A stretch of DNA of 45,069 nucleotides from the NCBI GenBank assembly GCA_023230905.1, contig JALNWL010000002.1, positions 1 through 45,069 on the forward strand. Direction: 5' to 3'. The first letter of the stretch is position 1, and the number at the start of each line of letters is the position of its first letter. The notes under the pieces were generated by a model. It made no database searches. It was not told the DNA's origin and saw only the letters and a list, made by a program, of their open reading frames with translations. Positions 8,917-22,903 of this stretch are shown here, piece by piece. Source of the stretch: Syntrophales bacterium. Lineage in GTDB: Bacteria; Desulfobacterota; Syntrophia; Syntrophales; UBA2251. A program made the position numbers and the translations under genes.

Positions 8917-9428
8917 ACGGGGACACGCACAGAATCAGGCGGTCGTTCGTGATTCCCCTGACGGCGGTCCTGATCCTGATCATCGGCCTGCTGGCGCTTT
9001 CTTTTTTTGCCGGGACGCCGACCGAGCGGATCTTTCTCGCGCTGGTCCTGATTCCCCTGGCCCTGGTGTGGAGCGAATCCCTCTCCCGGCGGGTGTCGAT
9101 CGGGGCGGATGGAATCACCCTCCGAAAATTCCTGAGGCCCAAGACGCTGCGCTGGGAAGACATCTCGCATGTTGGCTGCCTCGTGCTGCGTAAGAAGGTG
9201 TACCTCCTGCTGACCACCGGTCGCGGGTTTCACATCCTCTCCAACGAGTACGAGCGATTCGCCGATCTCGCCCGGGGGATCGCGACGCATCTCGACCGGG
9301 AGAAAATCGAAGCGGAGGTCCTTCAGCAGGCGGAAAATCCGACGCGGAACCCCGCCAACATTGCGGCTGCCTGGGTGGCCGCGGCGGTACTGGCGGTCCT
9401 CGTCTATCTCAAATTGTTTCCGGCATAG
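8913..9428 (+). CDS. membrane protein with a PH-like central domain
   Basis: ATG 8913 overlaps the moaC stop (ATGA). Two N-terminal TM helices, a soluble segment resembling bacterial PH domains, and one C-terminal TM helix. Confidence 0.55.
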   Translation: MNGDTHRIRRSFVIPLTAVLILIIGLLALSFFAGTPTERIFLALVLIPLALVWSESLSRRVSIGADGITLRKFLRPKTLRWEDISHVGCLVLRKKVYLLLTTGRGFHILSNEYERFADLARGIATHLDREKIEAEVLQQAENPTRNPANIAAAWVAAAVLAVLVYLKLFPA

Positions 9429-9465
9429 GGCTGGCCGGGCGGATCCCATTCGGAAAGGCGCCGCT

Positions 9466-9762
9466 ATGAAAATGAACACATTACGAGTCGCGAAGTCGTC
9501 TGAGGCGGCGAAGCTTCCCTCCCGGGTGGAGAACCTGCTGGAGAAGAAGATGCAGGACATGACGCTGCTCCTGTGCGACGAGGGGAACGGCCGCAGCAAG
9601 CTCTACGAAGAGGTGATGGCCATGGTGGAGCGAAGCCTGTTCAAGATCGCCTTGGAGCGATCGAATCACGTCAAAAGCGCCGCCGCCACCTATCTGGGCA
9701 TGAACCGCAACACCTTCCAGAACAGAATGAACAAACTGGGGATGAACGGACAGCCGGATTAA
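9466..9762 (+). CDS. fis: Fis-family nucleoid-associated DNA-binding protein
   Basis: 98 aa. The C-terminal half (LYEEVMAMVERSLFKIALERSNHVKSAAATYLGMNRNTFQNRMNKLGMN) matches E. coli Fis in length and HTH pattern. Confidence 0.75.
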   Translation: MKMNTLRVAKSSEAAKLPSRVENLLEKKMQDMTLLLCDEGNGRSKLYEEVMAMVERSLFKIALERSNHVKSAAATYLGMNRNTFQNRMNKLGMNGQPD

Positions 9763-9801
9763 GGGAACGGCCGGCTTTGCGCGTGACGCGATGACGTCGG
9801 G

Positions 9802-11061
9802 ATGAACTGCATGCAGGAGCAGAACCGTTTTTCCCCCCAGGTCGAGAGACTGCTCGCCCGGGGCGTGCGCATACCCCTCCCCCAGACGGTGGAGATCGGT
9901 GATGAGGTCGATCCCGGGCGTATTTCGGGCGATGGTGTCGTGCTCCATGCCGGAACGCGGATCTCCGGCGCCCGGACCCTGATCGCCGCCGGATGTCGCC
10001 TGGGCCAGGAAGCCCCCGTCAGTCTCAACGATTGCCTGCTTGGGCCCGGGGTGGAGCTCAAGGGGGGATTTTTCAATTCGTCCGTGTTCCTGGAAAAGGC
10101 CAACCTGGCGAGCGGCGCCCAGGTGCGAGAGGGGTGCCTCCTGGAGGAGGAGGCGAACGGCAGCCACACCGTCGGCCTCAAGCAGACCCTTCTGTTTCCC
10201 TTCGTCACCCTGGGGAGCCTGATCAACTTCTGTGACTGCCTCATGGCGGGAGGGACCAGCCGAAAGAACCACAGCGAGGTGGGCAGCTCCTATATCCACT
10301 TCAACTACACGCCGCAGCAGGACAAGGCGACCGCGTCCCTCTTGGGGGACGTCCCCCGGGGCGTCATGCTGAAGGCCCCCCCGATCTTTCTGGGAGGGCA
10401 GGGCGGGCTCGTGGGACCGGCGCGCATCGGCTACGGGACCGTCATCGCCGCCGGGACGGTCTGGCGGGGCGATTGTCCGGAGGGCGGCGCGCTCCTGTCG
10501 GCGACCGGCCGCAATGTCCGCCGGCCCTTTACGCCCGGCCTGTACGGCGACGTCCGCCGCCGCGTTCTCAACAATCTTCATTATATCGCCAATCTCCTTG
10601 CGCTCCGCCAGTGGTACCTCCACGTCCGCAAGCCCTTTTTCCGGGGACAGGACCTGGGGGCGGCGCTCTTCGACGGGGCGATGCAGGTTTTGGAGTTGGC
10701 CCTGGTCGAGCGCATCGCCCGCTTCGAGGCCCTGGCCGAAAAGATGGAGACATCGATCCGGTGTCTGGAGTCCCGGGTGGATGAGACGGCATGTGCGGAC
10801 ATCGTCCGGCCACAGCGCGCCCTCCTGGGTGGCTGGCCCCGGCTCAAGGCGTTCCTGACGTCGGGCGAAGAGGCATCGACGGCGCCGGAGAGGCGCGAGG
10901 CGTTCGTGAAACGCATCGCCGAGGCGGCTGGAACATCCGGATATCTCGCCGTCGTGCAGTCCCTGGAAGCGGCGACAGCGGCGGCCGGAACGGCCTGGCT
11001 GCAGGACATCGTCGACACGGTCGTGGACCGGTCTCTTGCGATCCTTCCGGAGTGCCGCTGA
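9802..11061 (+). CDS. left-handed beta-helix (hexapeptide-repeat) protein resembling the GlmU C-terminal domain, with a helical C-terminal domain
   Basis: Residues 1-250 show hexapeptide-like periodicity (GVRIP..., IGDEV, LGQEAPV, GPGVELKG, IGYGTVIAAGTV). The C-terminal 170 aa are Ala/Leu/Arg-rich and helical. Confidence 0.6.
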   Translation: MNCMQEQNRFSPQVERLLARGVRIPLPQTVEIGDEVDPGRISGDGVVLHAGTRISGARTLIAAGCRLGQEAPVSLNDCLLGPGVELKGGFFNSSVFLEKANLASGAQVREGCLLEEEANGSHTVGLKQTLLFPFVTLGSLINFCDCLMAGGTSRKNHSEVGSSYIHFNYTPQQDKATASLLGDVPRGVMLKAPPIFLGGQGGLVGPARIGYGTVIAAGTVWRGDCPEGGALLSATGRNVRRPFTPGLYGDVRRRVLNNLHYIANLLALRQWYLHVRKPFFRGQDLGAALFDGAMQVLELALVERIARFEALAEKMETSIRCLESRVDETACADIVRPQRALLGGWPRLKAFLTSGEEASTAPERREAFVKRIAEAAGTSGYLAVVQSLEAATAAAGTAWLQDIVDTVVDRSLAILPECR

Positions 11062-11232
11062 AGGAGGGATACATTTTTGTTGTGCCCGTCCCTGGAGGGA
11101 CAATTTCGTTTCGGGCACACCCCGCCTCCGGCCTTGATTTCCCGCGTTCAAGACAGGGCCCCGCAACGGTGGCCGCAAGGGGTGCTCCACCTCCGGTCGC
11201 GCCGCCCGTCACGGCGGGTTCGCGGCTGCGAG

Positions 11233-11248
11233 TGGTACGTGTCTTGCT
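11233..11248 (+). promoter_or_regulatory. sigma-54 (RpoN) promoter TGGTACGTGTCTTGCT
   Basis: Matches TGGYACG-N4-TTGCW with GG and GC at the canonical spacing. Lies 52 nt upstream of ATG 11300. Confidence 0.55.
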
Positions 11249-11299
11249 TTGCTGGATCCAAAGATTCGCTGACGGCCATGTTCCGCAAAGCGGCCGGAA

Positions 11300-16749
<5,450 letters not shown>

Positions 16750-16797
16750 TCCGTCGACCCACCGCCGCAACGGGCGCGGACGGAGCGCATCGGCCTG

Positions 16798-16814
16798 TCC
16801 CGCCCGGGCGGGGA
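16798..16814. terminator. GC hairpin between convergent pyrG and rnk
   Basis: TCCCGCCCGGGCGGGGA contains the perfect palindrome CCGCCCGGGCGG. No clear U-run. Confidence 0.3.
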
Positions 16815-16833
16815 GACCATCGGGATCCATCGG

Positions 16834-17250
16834 CTATACGTCGTAGTGGCCGGAGGCCTCCGGCTGGTAAAGAGTTTCGGTGATCCGGAAGGTCTTCGTC
16901 CCCGACGGGACCTCCCATTCGATGATGTCGCCCACCCGATAGCCCAACAGCGCCGTGCCGATCGGGGCGAGCACGGAAACCCGGTTCTTCTCCAGGTTGG
17001 CATCCGCGGGAAAGACCAGCGACAGGACCATTTCTTCCCCGGAGGTTTCGTCCCGCAGGCGCAGTTTGGTATTCATCGTGACCACGTCGGCCGGGATATC
17101 CTTCGGATCGACGATCACGGCCCGGTCGAGTTCCTTCTCCAGCCGGTCAATCTGCGCTTTCCGCTTCGGCGACGACGAACGGTGGGTCTGAATGAGGCTC
17201 TCGAGCCGCTCCATATCGAAGCTGGTCATATACACGGGGCGTTCGGCCAT
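16834..17250 (-). CDS. rnk: GreA/GreB-family protein Rnk (regulator of nucleoside diphosphate kinase)
   Basis: 138 aa, collinear with E. coli Rnk (VVTMN, VSVLAPIGTALLGYRVGD, YQPEA.G.Y). Confidence 0.85.
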   Translation of the reverse strand: MAERPVYMTSFDMERLESLIQTHRSSSPKRKAQIDRLEKELDRAVIVDPKDIPADVVTMNTKLRLRDETSGEEMVLSLVFPADANLEKNRVSVLAPIGTALLGYRVGDIIEWEVPSGTKTFRITETLYQPEASGHYDV

Positions 17251-17307
17251 GGATCTTCCCTCCTGGGGTCTTCGGTTTCGTTTGGGGGCGCGGCGCGGCG
17301 TGCCGGC

Positions 17308-18153
17308 CTACAAGCGTTGACGTTTGATGAACGAGACGGCGTTCCGGAACAGGGCGAGTCCCATCCCCGTTTCCGGCAGATCTTCCCGGGTCCAGCGGGG
17401 GTGGTTCGTACGATGGAGGTAGGCCTCGGGGTGGGGCATCATACCGAAGATGCGGCCCGAGGCGCTGCAGATGCCGGCGACGGCGTCGACCGAACCGTTG
17501 GGGTTGGCGGGGTAGTCGAGCGTGGCGGTGGCGGTATCGGCCGTACTGTACTGCAGCGCAATGCAGTGCTCCCGGTGAAGCCTCGCCAGAACTTCCGCGC
17601 TTCCGGGGATGAACTTCCCTTCCCCGTGGCGGACGGGGAGGTAAAGGCCGGTCAGGCCTTCCGTATAGACGCAGGGGGAGGCGGGATCGACCTTGAGATG
17701 GACCCATCGATCCTCGAAACGACCCGAATCGTTGTACGTCAGCGTGACGGTCTGGGCCCGCTCCGCCGCGTCGAAGGCGGGGAGCACCCCGAGCTTGACG
17801 AGGAGCTGAAAGCCGTTGCAGACCCCCAGGATTAACTTTCCGTCCTCGATGAAGCGGGAAAACTGGTCGTAGAGTCGCGTCTCGGCGTTCGTCGCTCCCG
17901 CGCGGCCGCGGATTTTTGCATGCAGGATCCGGTTGGCCCCGGCCTTGGCCGAACCGAGGTCGTCCCCGTCCAGGAATCCCCCCGGCAGATTCAGGAAATG
18001 ATAGTCCTCCAGGCGCTTCTCCCCGCAGAGGAGTTCGCTCAGGTGGACGATCTCCACGACCTCGGCGCCGGCGAGACGGCAGGCGTGGGCCATCTCCATC
18101 TCGCAGTTGGTGCCGTTGCCGGTAAGGACGATGCATTTGACCGTTGGGGCCAT
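17308..18153 (-). CDS. purQ: phosphoribosylformylglycinamidine synthase subunit PurQ (glutaminase)
   Basis: GATase-1 pattern (LTGNGTNCE, GVCNGFQLL, MPHPE), located directly downstream of purL. Confidence 0.9.
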   Translation of the reverse strand: MAPTVKCIVLTGNGTNCEMEMAHACRLAGAEVVEIVHLSELLCGEKRLEDYHFLNLPGGFLDGDDLGSAKAGANRILHAKIRGRAGATNAETRLYDQFSRFIEDGKLILGVCNGFQLLVKLGVLPAFDAAERAQTVTLTYNDSGRFEDRWVHLKVDPASPCVYTEGLTGLYLPVRHGEGKFIPGSAEVLARLHREHCIALQYSTADTATATLDYPANPNGSVDAVAGICSASGRIFGMMPHPEAYLHRTNHPRWTREDLPETGMGLALFRNAVSFIKRQRL

Positions 18154-18247
18154 ATCGTTTGCTTCTCCACCCTTTGAGACCCTTGAGAATCGCGCTCCCT
18201 TCGCGCGCCAGACCTCTTTCGACCCTGTCCCGCCGCGGGGCGCCCCT

Positions 18248-21226
18248 TCAGAAATTCAACGGGCGCTGCCAGGCGGCCTTGAGGGCGCCGATCTCCTCGC
18301 TCAGGAGGGCCTCCCCCCGCAATCCCCACAGGCGGAGACGCCCGTCCGTCGTGACCGTGCCGATCCGGGCGGCGGTCTGCCCCCGAAACTGTTCTATGAA
18401 GGCCGACTCCCGGTCCGGGGAGACCGTCACGAGGAACCGGCTCGGCGTTTCCGAGAAGATCAGGACGTCGTTCCGCCCGACGGCCTCCGCCGGGACTTTT
18501 GCGAGATCGACGTCCATTCCCATCCCCCCGGCAAACGCCGTCTCGGCCAGGGCGACGCCCAGGCCGCCGTCCGCGCAGTCGTGGCACGAGGCGACGAGAC
18601 CCAGTCGGATAGCCCGGGCCAGCACGTCGTAGCGGGCCTTGGCCGTTTCCGGACGGACCCGGGGGACGGTGTTTCCGACAAAACCGTTCAGGGCATACCA
18701 CTCCGATCCGCCGAGTTCATTGTAGGTCATTCCCAGGATATAAACAAGGTCGCCCGGTTTCTTGGCGTCCATCGTCACCGCCCGGCGGACATCGTCGATC
18801 CGCCCGAAGACGGAGAACAGCAGGGTCGGCGGGATCGAGATCTTCGTGTTGCCGATGGCGTAGTCGTTTTTCATGCTGTCCTTGCCGGAGATGCACGGCA
18901 CGCCGTAGCAGGTCGTCACGTCGTAAAGGGCCTCGTTCGCCCGGACGAGCTGGGCGAGCTTGTAGGCGCCGTCCGGCGTCTTTTCGGATTCCACCGGGTC
19001 GCACCAGCAGAAGTTGTCCAGACCCGCCAGGTGGTCCAGCGTTCCTCCCACGGCAACGGCGTTGCGGACCGCCTCATCGATGGCCGCCGCCGCCATTTGG
19101 TAGGCATCGAGATCGCTATAGCGGGGGCAGATCCCGTTGGCCACGACCACACCCGCGAAGCTGTCGAGGAAGGGCCGGATCACGGCGGCGTCCGATGGAC
19201 CATCGTTCGCGGCGCCGACCAGGGGCTTGACGACACTCCCCCCCTGGACCTCGTGGTCGTACTGGCGGACGACGGACTCCTTGCTGCAGATGTTGAGCCG
19301 CGCGAGCATCGCCTTCAGGGCCGTCCCCAGGTCCGCTGGCTCCGGGAAGTCCGGCTCCGCGTGGACCGGCGGCGTCCAGCAGGCCGAGAGCTTGAGCTGG
19401 GGGACGCCGTCGTGGAGGAAGTCCATGTCGAGGAATGCCACGGTTTTGTCGCCGTACCGGATGTGAAAGCGGCCCGAGTCGGTGTAGCACCCCAGGTCGG
19501 TGGCCTCCACGTCCATCTTCGCGGCGAGCGCCAGGAAGGCGCCGATCTTCTCCGGAGGCACCGCGACGGTCATCCGCTCCTGGGATTCGGAGATGAGGAT
19601 CTCCCAGGGGTCGAGGCCGGCGTACTTCAGGGGCGCCTTCGCGAGGTCCAGGTCGCAGCCGCCGGCGAGTTGGGCCGTCTCGCCCACGGAGGAGGAGAGC
19701 CCGCCCGCGCCGTTGTCCGTGAGACAGCGGTAGAGGTTGCGGTCCCGGGCGACGAGAAGGAAATCCGTCATCTTCTTTTGGGTGATCGGGTCGCCGATCT
19801 GGAAGGCCGTGACGGGGGAGCTCTCGTGAAGCTCCCCGGAGGAAAAGGTTGCCCCGTGGATGCCGTCCTTTCCGATCCGGCCGCCCGTCATGACGATCCG
19901 GTCGCCGGGGAGGATCTCCTTGACATGGGTCGGCTGTCCGTCGAGCCGGGCGGGCATGACCGCGCCGGTGCCGCAGTAGACCAGGGGCTTGCCGAGATAG
20001 CGGTCATCGAAGACGAGGCAGCCGTTCACCGTGGGGATGCCGCTCTTGTTGCCGCCGTGCTCCACGCCCTCGCGGACGCCCTCGTAGATGCGCCGCGGGT
20101 GCATGATCCGGGGCGGCAGGGGTTGCGCGTAATCCGGGGGCGCGAAGCAGAAGACGTCCGTGTTGAAGATCAGTTTTGCCCCGCGGCCCGTGCCGAACGG
20201 ATCGCGGTTGACGCCGACGATGCCGGTGAGCGCCCCGCCATAGGGGTCCAGCGCGGACGGGGAGTTGTGGGTCTCCACCTTGAAGACGAGGTTCCAGTGT
20301 TCGTCGAACCGGATGACGCCGGCGTTGTCGACGAAGACCGACAGGCACCAGTCGCTTTCGCCCATCCGCGCCCGGACGGCGCGGGTCGCCCCCTTGACGT
20401 ACGTGTCGAAGAGGGAATCGATGACGCGGACGCGGCCCGTCCCGTCGTCGTAGCTGATCCGGGCGTTGAAGATCTTGTGCTTGCAGTGTTCCGACCAGGT
20501 CTGCGCGAGGCACTCCAGCTCCGCGTCGGTCATTCGGGCGCCCAGCCCGACGCGTGCCCGTTCTCGAAGGACGTCCGGATCTTTCAGGTGGTCGCGGAGC
20601 TTGCGCATTTCTTCCAGGTTCAGGGCGAGCACGCGGGCGCTGCTGATCTCGAGAAGCGCCGCATCGTCGACGTCGAGGTCGATTTCCTCCAGCCGGGGTC
20701 GGTCTTCGCCCGCGACCTTCGGTGCGCAGGGGGCGACGCCACGGGCGGGATCCCAGGTCTTTCCGTCGAAGATGTGCGTCCGGTCGATGAGGTCGTTGGC
20801 GAGAAGGTCCGCGGCGATCCTTTCGGCCTCCGCCCGACCGAGCGGGCCGTTCAGGATGTACTGCCGCGAGGTGTAGACCCGCACGAAAACGGCGTCTGCG
20901 CGGCCGAGGAGGAGACGGATGGCCTCGCCCGCCGTCTTGCCGACGTTGTCCGTGACGCCGGGGCGGAAGCCCACCTCGACGAGCCAGTCGAACCGATCGG
21001 CGAGGGCGCGATTGACGCTCCAGGTCTGGATGATCGGATCGGAGAGCGGCCCCGCGGCCGCCGCCTCCAGTTCCGCCGTCGTCAGATCGCCCTCGATGGT
21101 GTAAACGTCCACCGTCCGGACCCGATCCACGGCCAGACCCAAGTGTTCGACGATCCGTCTCCGGATCTTTTCACCCAGGGCGTCCCGGATCCCTTCCCGA
21201 AACCCGATTTCGATGCGGTTGAGCAT
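18248..21226 (-). CDS. purL: phosphoribosylformylglycinamidine synthase, long PurL form with a PurS-like N-terminus
   Basis: AIR-synthase-like repeats (ETHNSPSALDPYGGA, GIPTVNG, SGKDSMKN). Start set at ATG 21226 (MLNRIEIGF); the longer ORF to 21460 adds an Arg/Pro-rich non-coding-like extension. Confidence 0.9.
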   Translation of the reverse strand: MLNRIEIGFREGIRDALGEKIRRRIVEHLGLAVDRVRTVDVYTIEGDLTTAELEAAAAGPLSDPIIQTWSVNRALADRFDWLVEVGFRPGVTDNVGKTAGEAIRLLLGRADAVFVRVYTSRQYILNGPLGRAEAERIAADLLANDLIDRTHIFDGKTWDPARGVAPCAPKVAGEDRPRLEEIDLDVDDAALLEISSARVLALNLEEMRKLRDHLKDPDVLRERARVGLGARMTDAELECLAQTWSEHCKHKIFNARISYDDGTGRVRVIDSLFDTYVKGATRAVRARMGESDWCLSVFVDNAGVIRFDEHWNLVFKVETHNSPSALDPYGGALTGIVGVNRDPFGTGRGAKLIFNTDVFCFAPPDYAQPLPPRIMHPRRIYEGVREGVEHGGNKSGIPTVNGCLVFDDRYLGKPLVYCGTGAVMPARLDGQPTHVKEILPGDRIVMTGGRIGKDGIHGATFSSGELHESSPVTAFQIGDPITQKKMTDFLLVARDRNLYRCLTDNGAGGLSSSVGETAQLAGGCDLDLAKAPLKYAGLDPWEILISESQERMTVAVPPEKIGAFLALAAKMDVEATDLGCYTDSGRFHIRYGDKTVAFLDMDFLHDGVPQLKLSACWTPPVHAEPDFPEPADLGTALKAMLARLNICSKESVVRQYDHEVQGGSVVKPLVGAANDGPSDAAVIRPFLDSFAGVVVANGICPRYSDLDAYQMAAAAIDEAVRNAVAVGGTLDHLAGLDNFCWCDPVESEKTPDGAYKLAQLVRANEALYDVTTCYGVPCISGKDSMKNDYAIGNTKISIPPTLLFSVFGRIDDVRRAVTMDAKKPGDLVYILGMTYNELGGSEWYALNGFVGNTVPRVRPETAKARYDVLARAIRLGLVASCHDCADGGLGVALAETAFAGGMGMDVDLAKVPAEAVGRNDVLIFSETPSRFLVTVSPDRESAFIEQFRGQTAARIGTVTTDGRLRLWGLRGEALLSEEIGALKAAWQRPLNF

Positions 21227-21352
21227 GGCTGTTCCCGTCTCACGTAATGCGGGCTTTTTATCAGAAAGCCCAGCGTAAAGCAACGTCGGAATCTGCCGAT
21301 ATTGCTCGGCAGAAGCCTTCTCAAAGTCTTTTGTTGATGAGATCCGGGAAAT

Positions 21353-21973
21353 ATGCAAGATGGGGGCCGCGGCTGGCCGCCGTGCCCGGGCGCCGCCGCG
21401 GAACGGTTCCGTAAGGGGGGAATCCCGGGGTCTGTCGGGAGTTCTGCTTCCCCGGGTCAACGCTCACACACAGGTCAGGGGGGTCGCTTGCGAACAACAT
21501 TGATCAAGATTGACGGGGAATTCAGGCGATACTGGAAGCATTACGTGCTACAGAGCCTTTTGGCGACGTTGTCCGTGTTTGCTGTCCTTTATTTTCTGAG
21601 CCTCCAGCATGCGGTCATCATCGCCTCCATCGGCGCTTCGGCGTTCATCGTGTTCGCGATGCCTGACTATGTAACCGCCCAGGCGAGAAATGTCATCGGG
21701 GGGCAAGTGGTCGGCCTGTTCTGCGGATTCTTGTTTTCCCTGATCCCCCACCCGGTCATGTTCTCGTCCATCCTGATCTACTCTCTTGCCGTCGGGGCTT
21801 CCATCTTTGTGATGGTCGTCACGGATACGGAGCATCCCCCGGCCGCCGGAACCGCCCTCGGTGTGGCGATGACCGGTATTTCCCTCCATGTGCTCATTGC
21901 CGTTGTCCTGAGCATCGGCCTCCTCTCGTTGATCCGCTGGCTGTTCAAGCCATACCTGAGAGACTTGACCTGA
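21353..21973 (+). CDS. HPP family membrane protein
   Basis: TM helices and the TDTEHPPAAGTALG motif. The true start is probably TTG at 21488 or 21500, because the first 45 aa of the longest ORF look non-coding. Confidence 0.7.
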   Translation: MQDGGRGWPPCPGAAAERFRKGGIPGSVGSSASPGQRSHTGQGGRLRTTLIKIDGEFRRYWKHYVLQSLLATLSVFAVLYFLSLQHAVIIASIGASAFIVFAMPDYVTAQARNVIGGQVVGLFCGFLFSLIPHPVMFSSILIYSLAVGASIFVMVVTDTEHPPAAGTALGVAMTGISLHVLIAVVLSIGLLSLIRWLFKPYLRDLT

Positions 21974-22042
21974 AGGCGGATTTCGACCCGGGGGCGCGAG
22001 CGTCCATCGCTCCTCGCCGACAAAGACCCCGGGTGAAGCGCG

Positions 22043-22900
22043 TCAGGTCCGCGTGGCGCTGTCCGGTTCGTCCGCCGGAGGCGCCACCACCCCCTCCCCC
22101 TCTGGAGGAGTTGTCGGGAGTGCCGTCTCGGTTTCGGTGGCGACGGTTTCCGGTGTCATCCCCGGGGTCGCTTCCGGAGGAACAGGTGGGGGCGCAGGCG
22201 GTTCCTCCTCCGCTTCCGGCGGGGCAGGCGGCGGTTCCAGCGTTGCTATCCAGAGGGGATGGCGGCGCCGGGCGTAGTCCAGACGCACGGTTCCCGTGAA
22301 GATCCCCCGGATCATCGGCCAGTTCGGACGCAGCAGCAGCGCCCCGATGTGTGCGACGAAGGCCAGGATGAACAGGACGAAGAAGGCGTTGTGCAGCCAC
22401 GTTGCCCAGAGGACGAGCGTATAGTCGAGGTCGGGCGCGAAGACGTTCTTGTAGGTCTTGACCAGGCCGGAGAGGATCAGAACGGCGATGATCACGGCCA
22501 TCCCGAGGTAGGCGAGGCGCTGTTCGGGGAGGTATTTCCCGAAGGGCGGCTCCTCCCCCTTGCCGAAGAAGGTTTTGATCACGGCGATGGAGGCGCGCAA
22601 ATCACCTTTTTTCGGCATAAGCCCGGCCTCGCCCCGGAGGGCGTGGTAGGCCAGGTGAAAGCACGCGGCGGCGATGAAGATCACCGAGGCGGTGTAGTGG
22701 ACGTAGATCGAGGTGATGAAATCCCCCGACCAGGCGAGGCCGGGAAGGGTGGTGATCCGGTAGCGCGCGGCCATCGGGAGTTCGAACATCCCCGACAAAA
22801 GGAGGACGAGCCCGGAGAGTGCGATCGCCCAGTGCTCGGCCATTTCGAGTCCGGAGTGCCGGACCACGCGGTTTTCCGCTTCACGGATATCCTGGGACAT
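22043..22900 (-). CDS. cytochrome b subunit (FdnI / Ni-hydrogenase cytochrome b family) with a Pro-rich C-terminal tail
   Basis: Four TM helices with conserved His residues (HWAIALS, YVHYT, FHLAYH, WLHNAFF...FVAHIG), followed by a 70-aa Pro/Glu/Thr-rich tail. Confidence 0.75.
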   Translation of the reverse strand: MSQDIREAENRVVRHSGLEMAEHWAIALSGLVLLLSGMFELPMAARYRITTLPGLAWSGDFITSIYVHYTASVIFIAAACFHLAYHALRGEAGLMPKKGDLRASIAVIKTFFGKGEEPPFGKYLPEQRLAYLGMAVIIAVLILSGLVKTYKNVFAPDLDYTLVLWATWLHNAFFVLFILAFVAHIGALLLRPNWPMIRGIFTGTVRLDYARRRHPLWIATLEPPPAPPEAEEEPPAPPPVPPEATPGMTPETVATETETALPTTPPEGEGVVAPPADEPDSATRT

Positions 22901-22903
22901 GGC

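Noticed and set aside
11062-11299. glmS ribozyme upstream of the GlmS-like gene
   Set aside because: I looked for the conserved glmS ribozyme core and did not recognise it. That ribozyme class is mainly found in Gram-positive bacteria. The spacer is better explained by a sigma-54 promoter plus an inverted repeat.
18107-21247. 1046-aa ORF on the plus strand
   Set aside because: Antisense shadow of purL. Its composition is low-complexity Arg/Gly/Asp/Val, and purL motifs are unambiguous on the minus strand.
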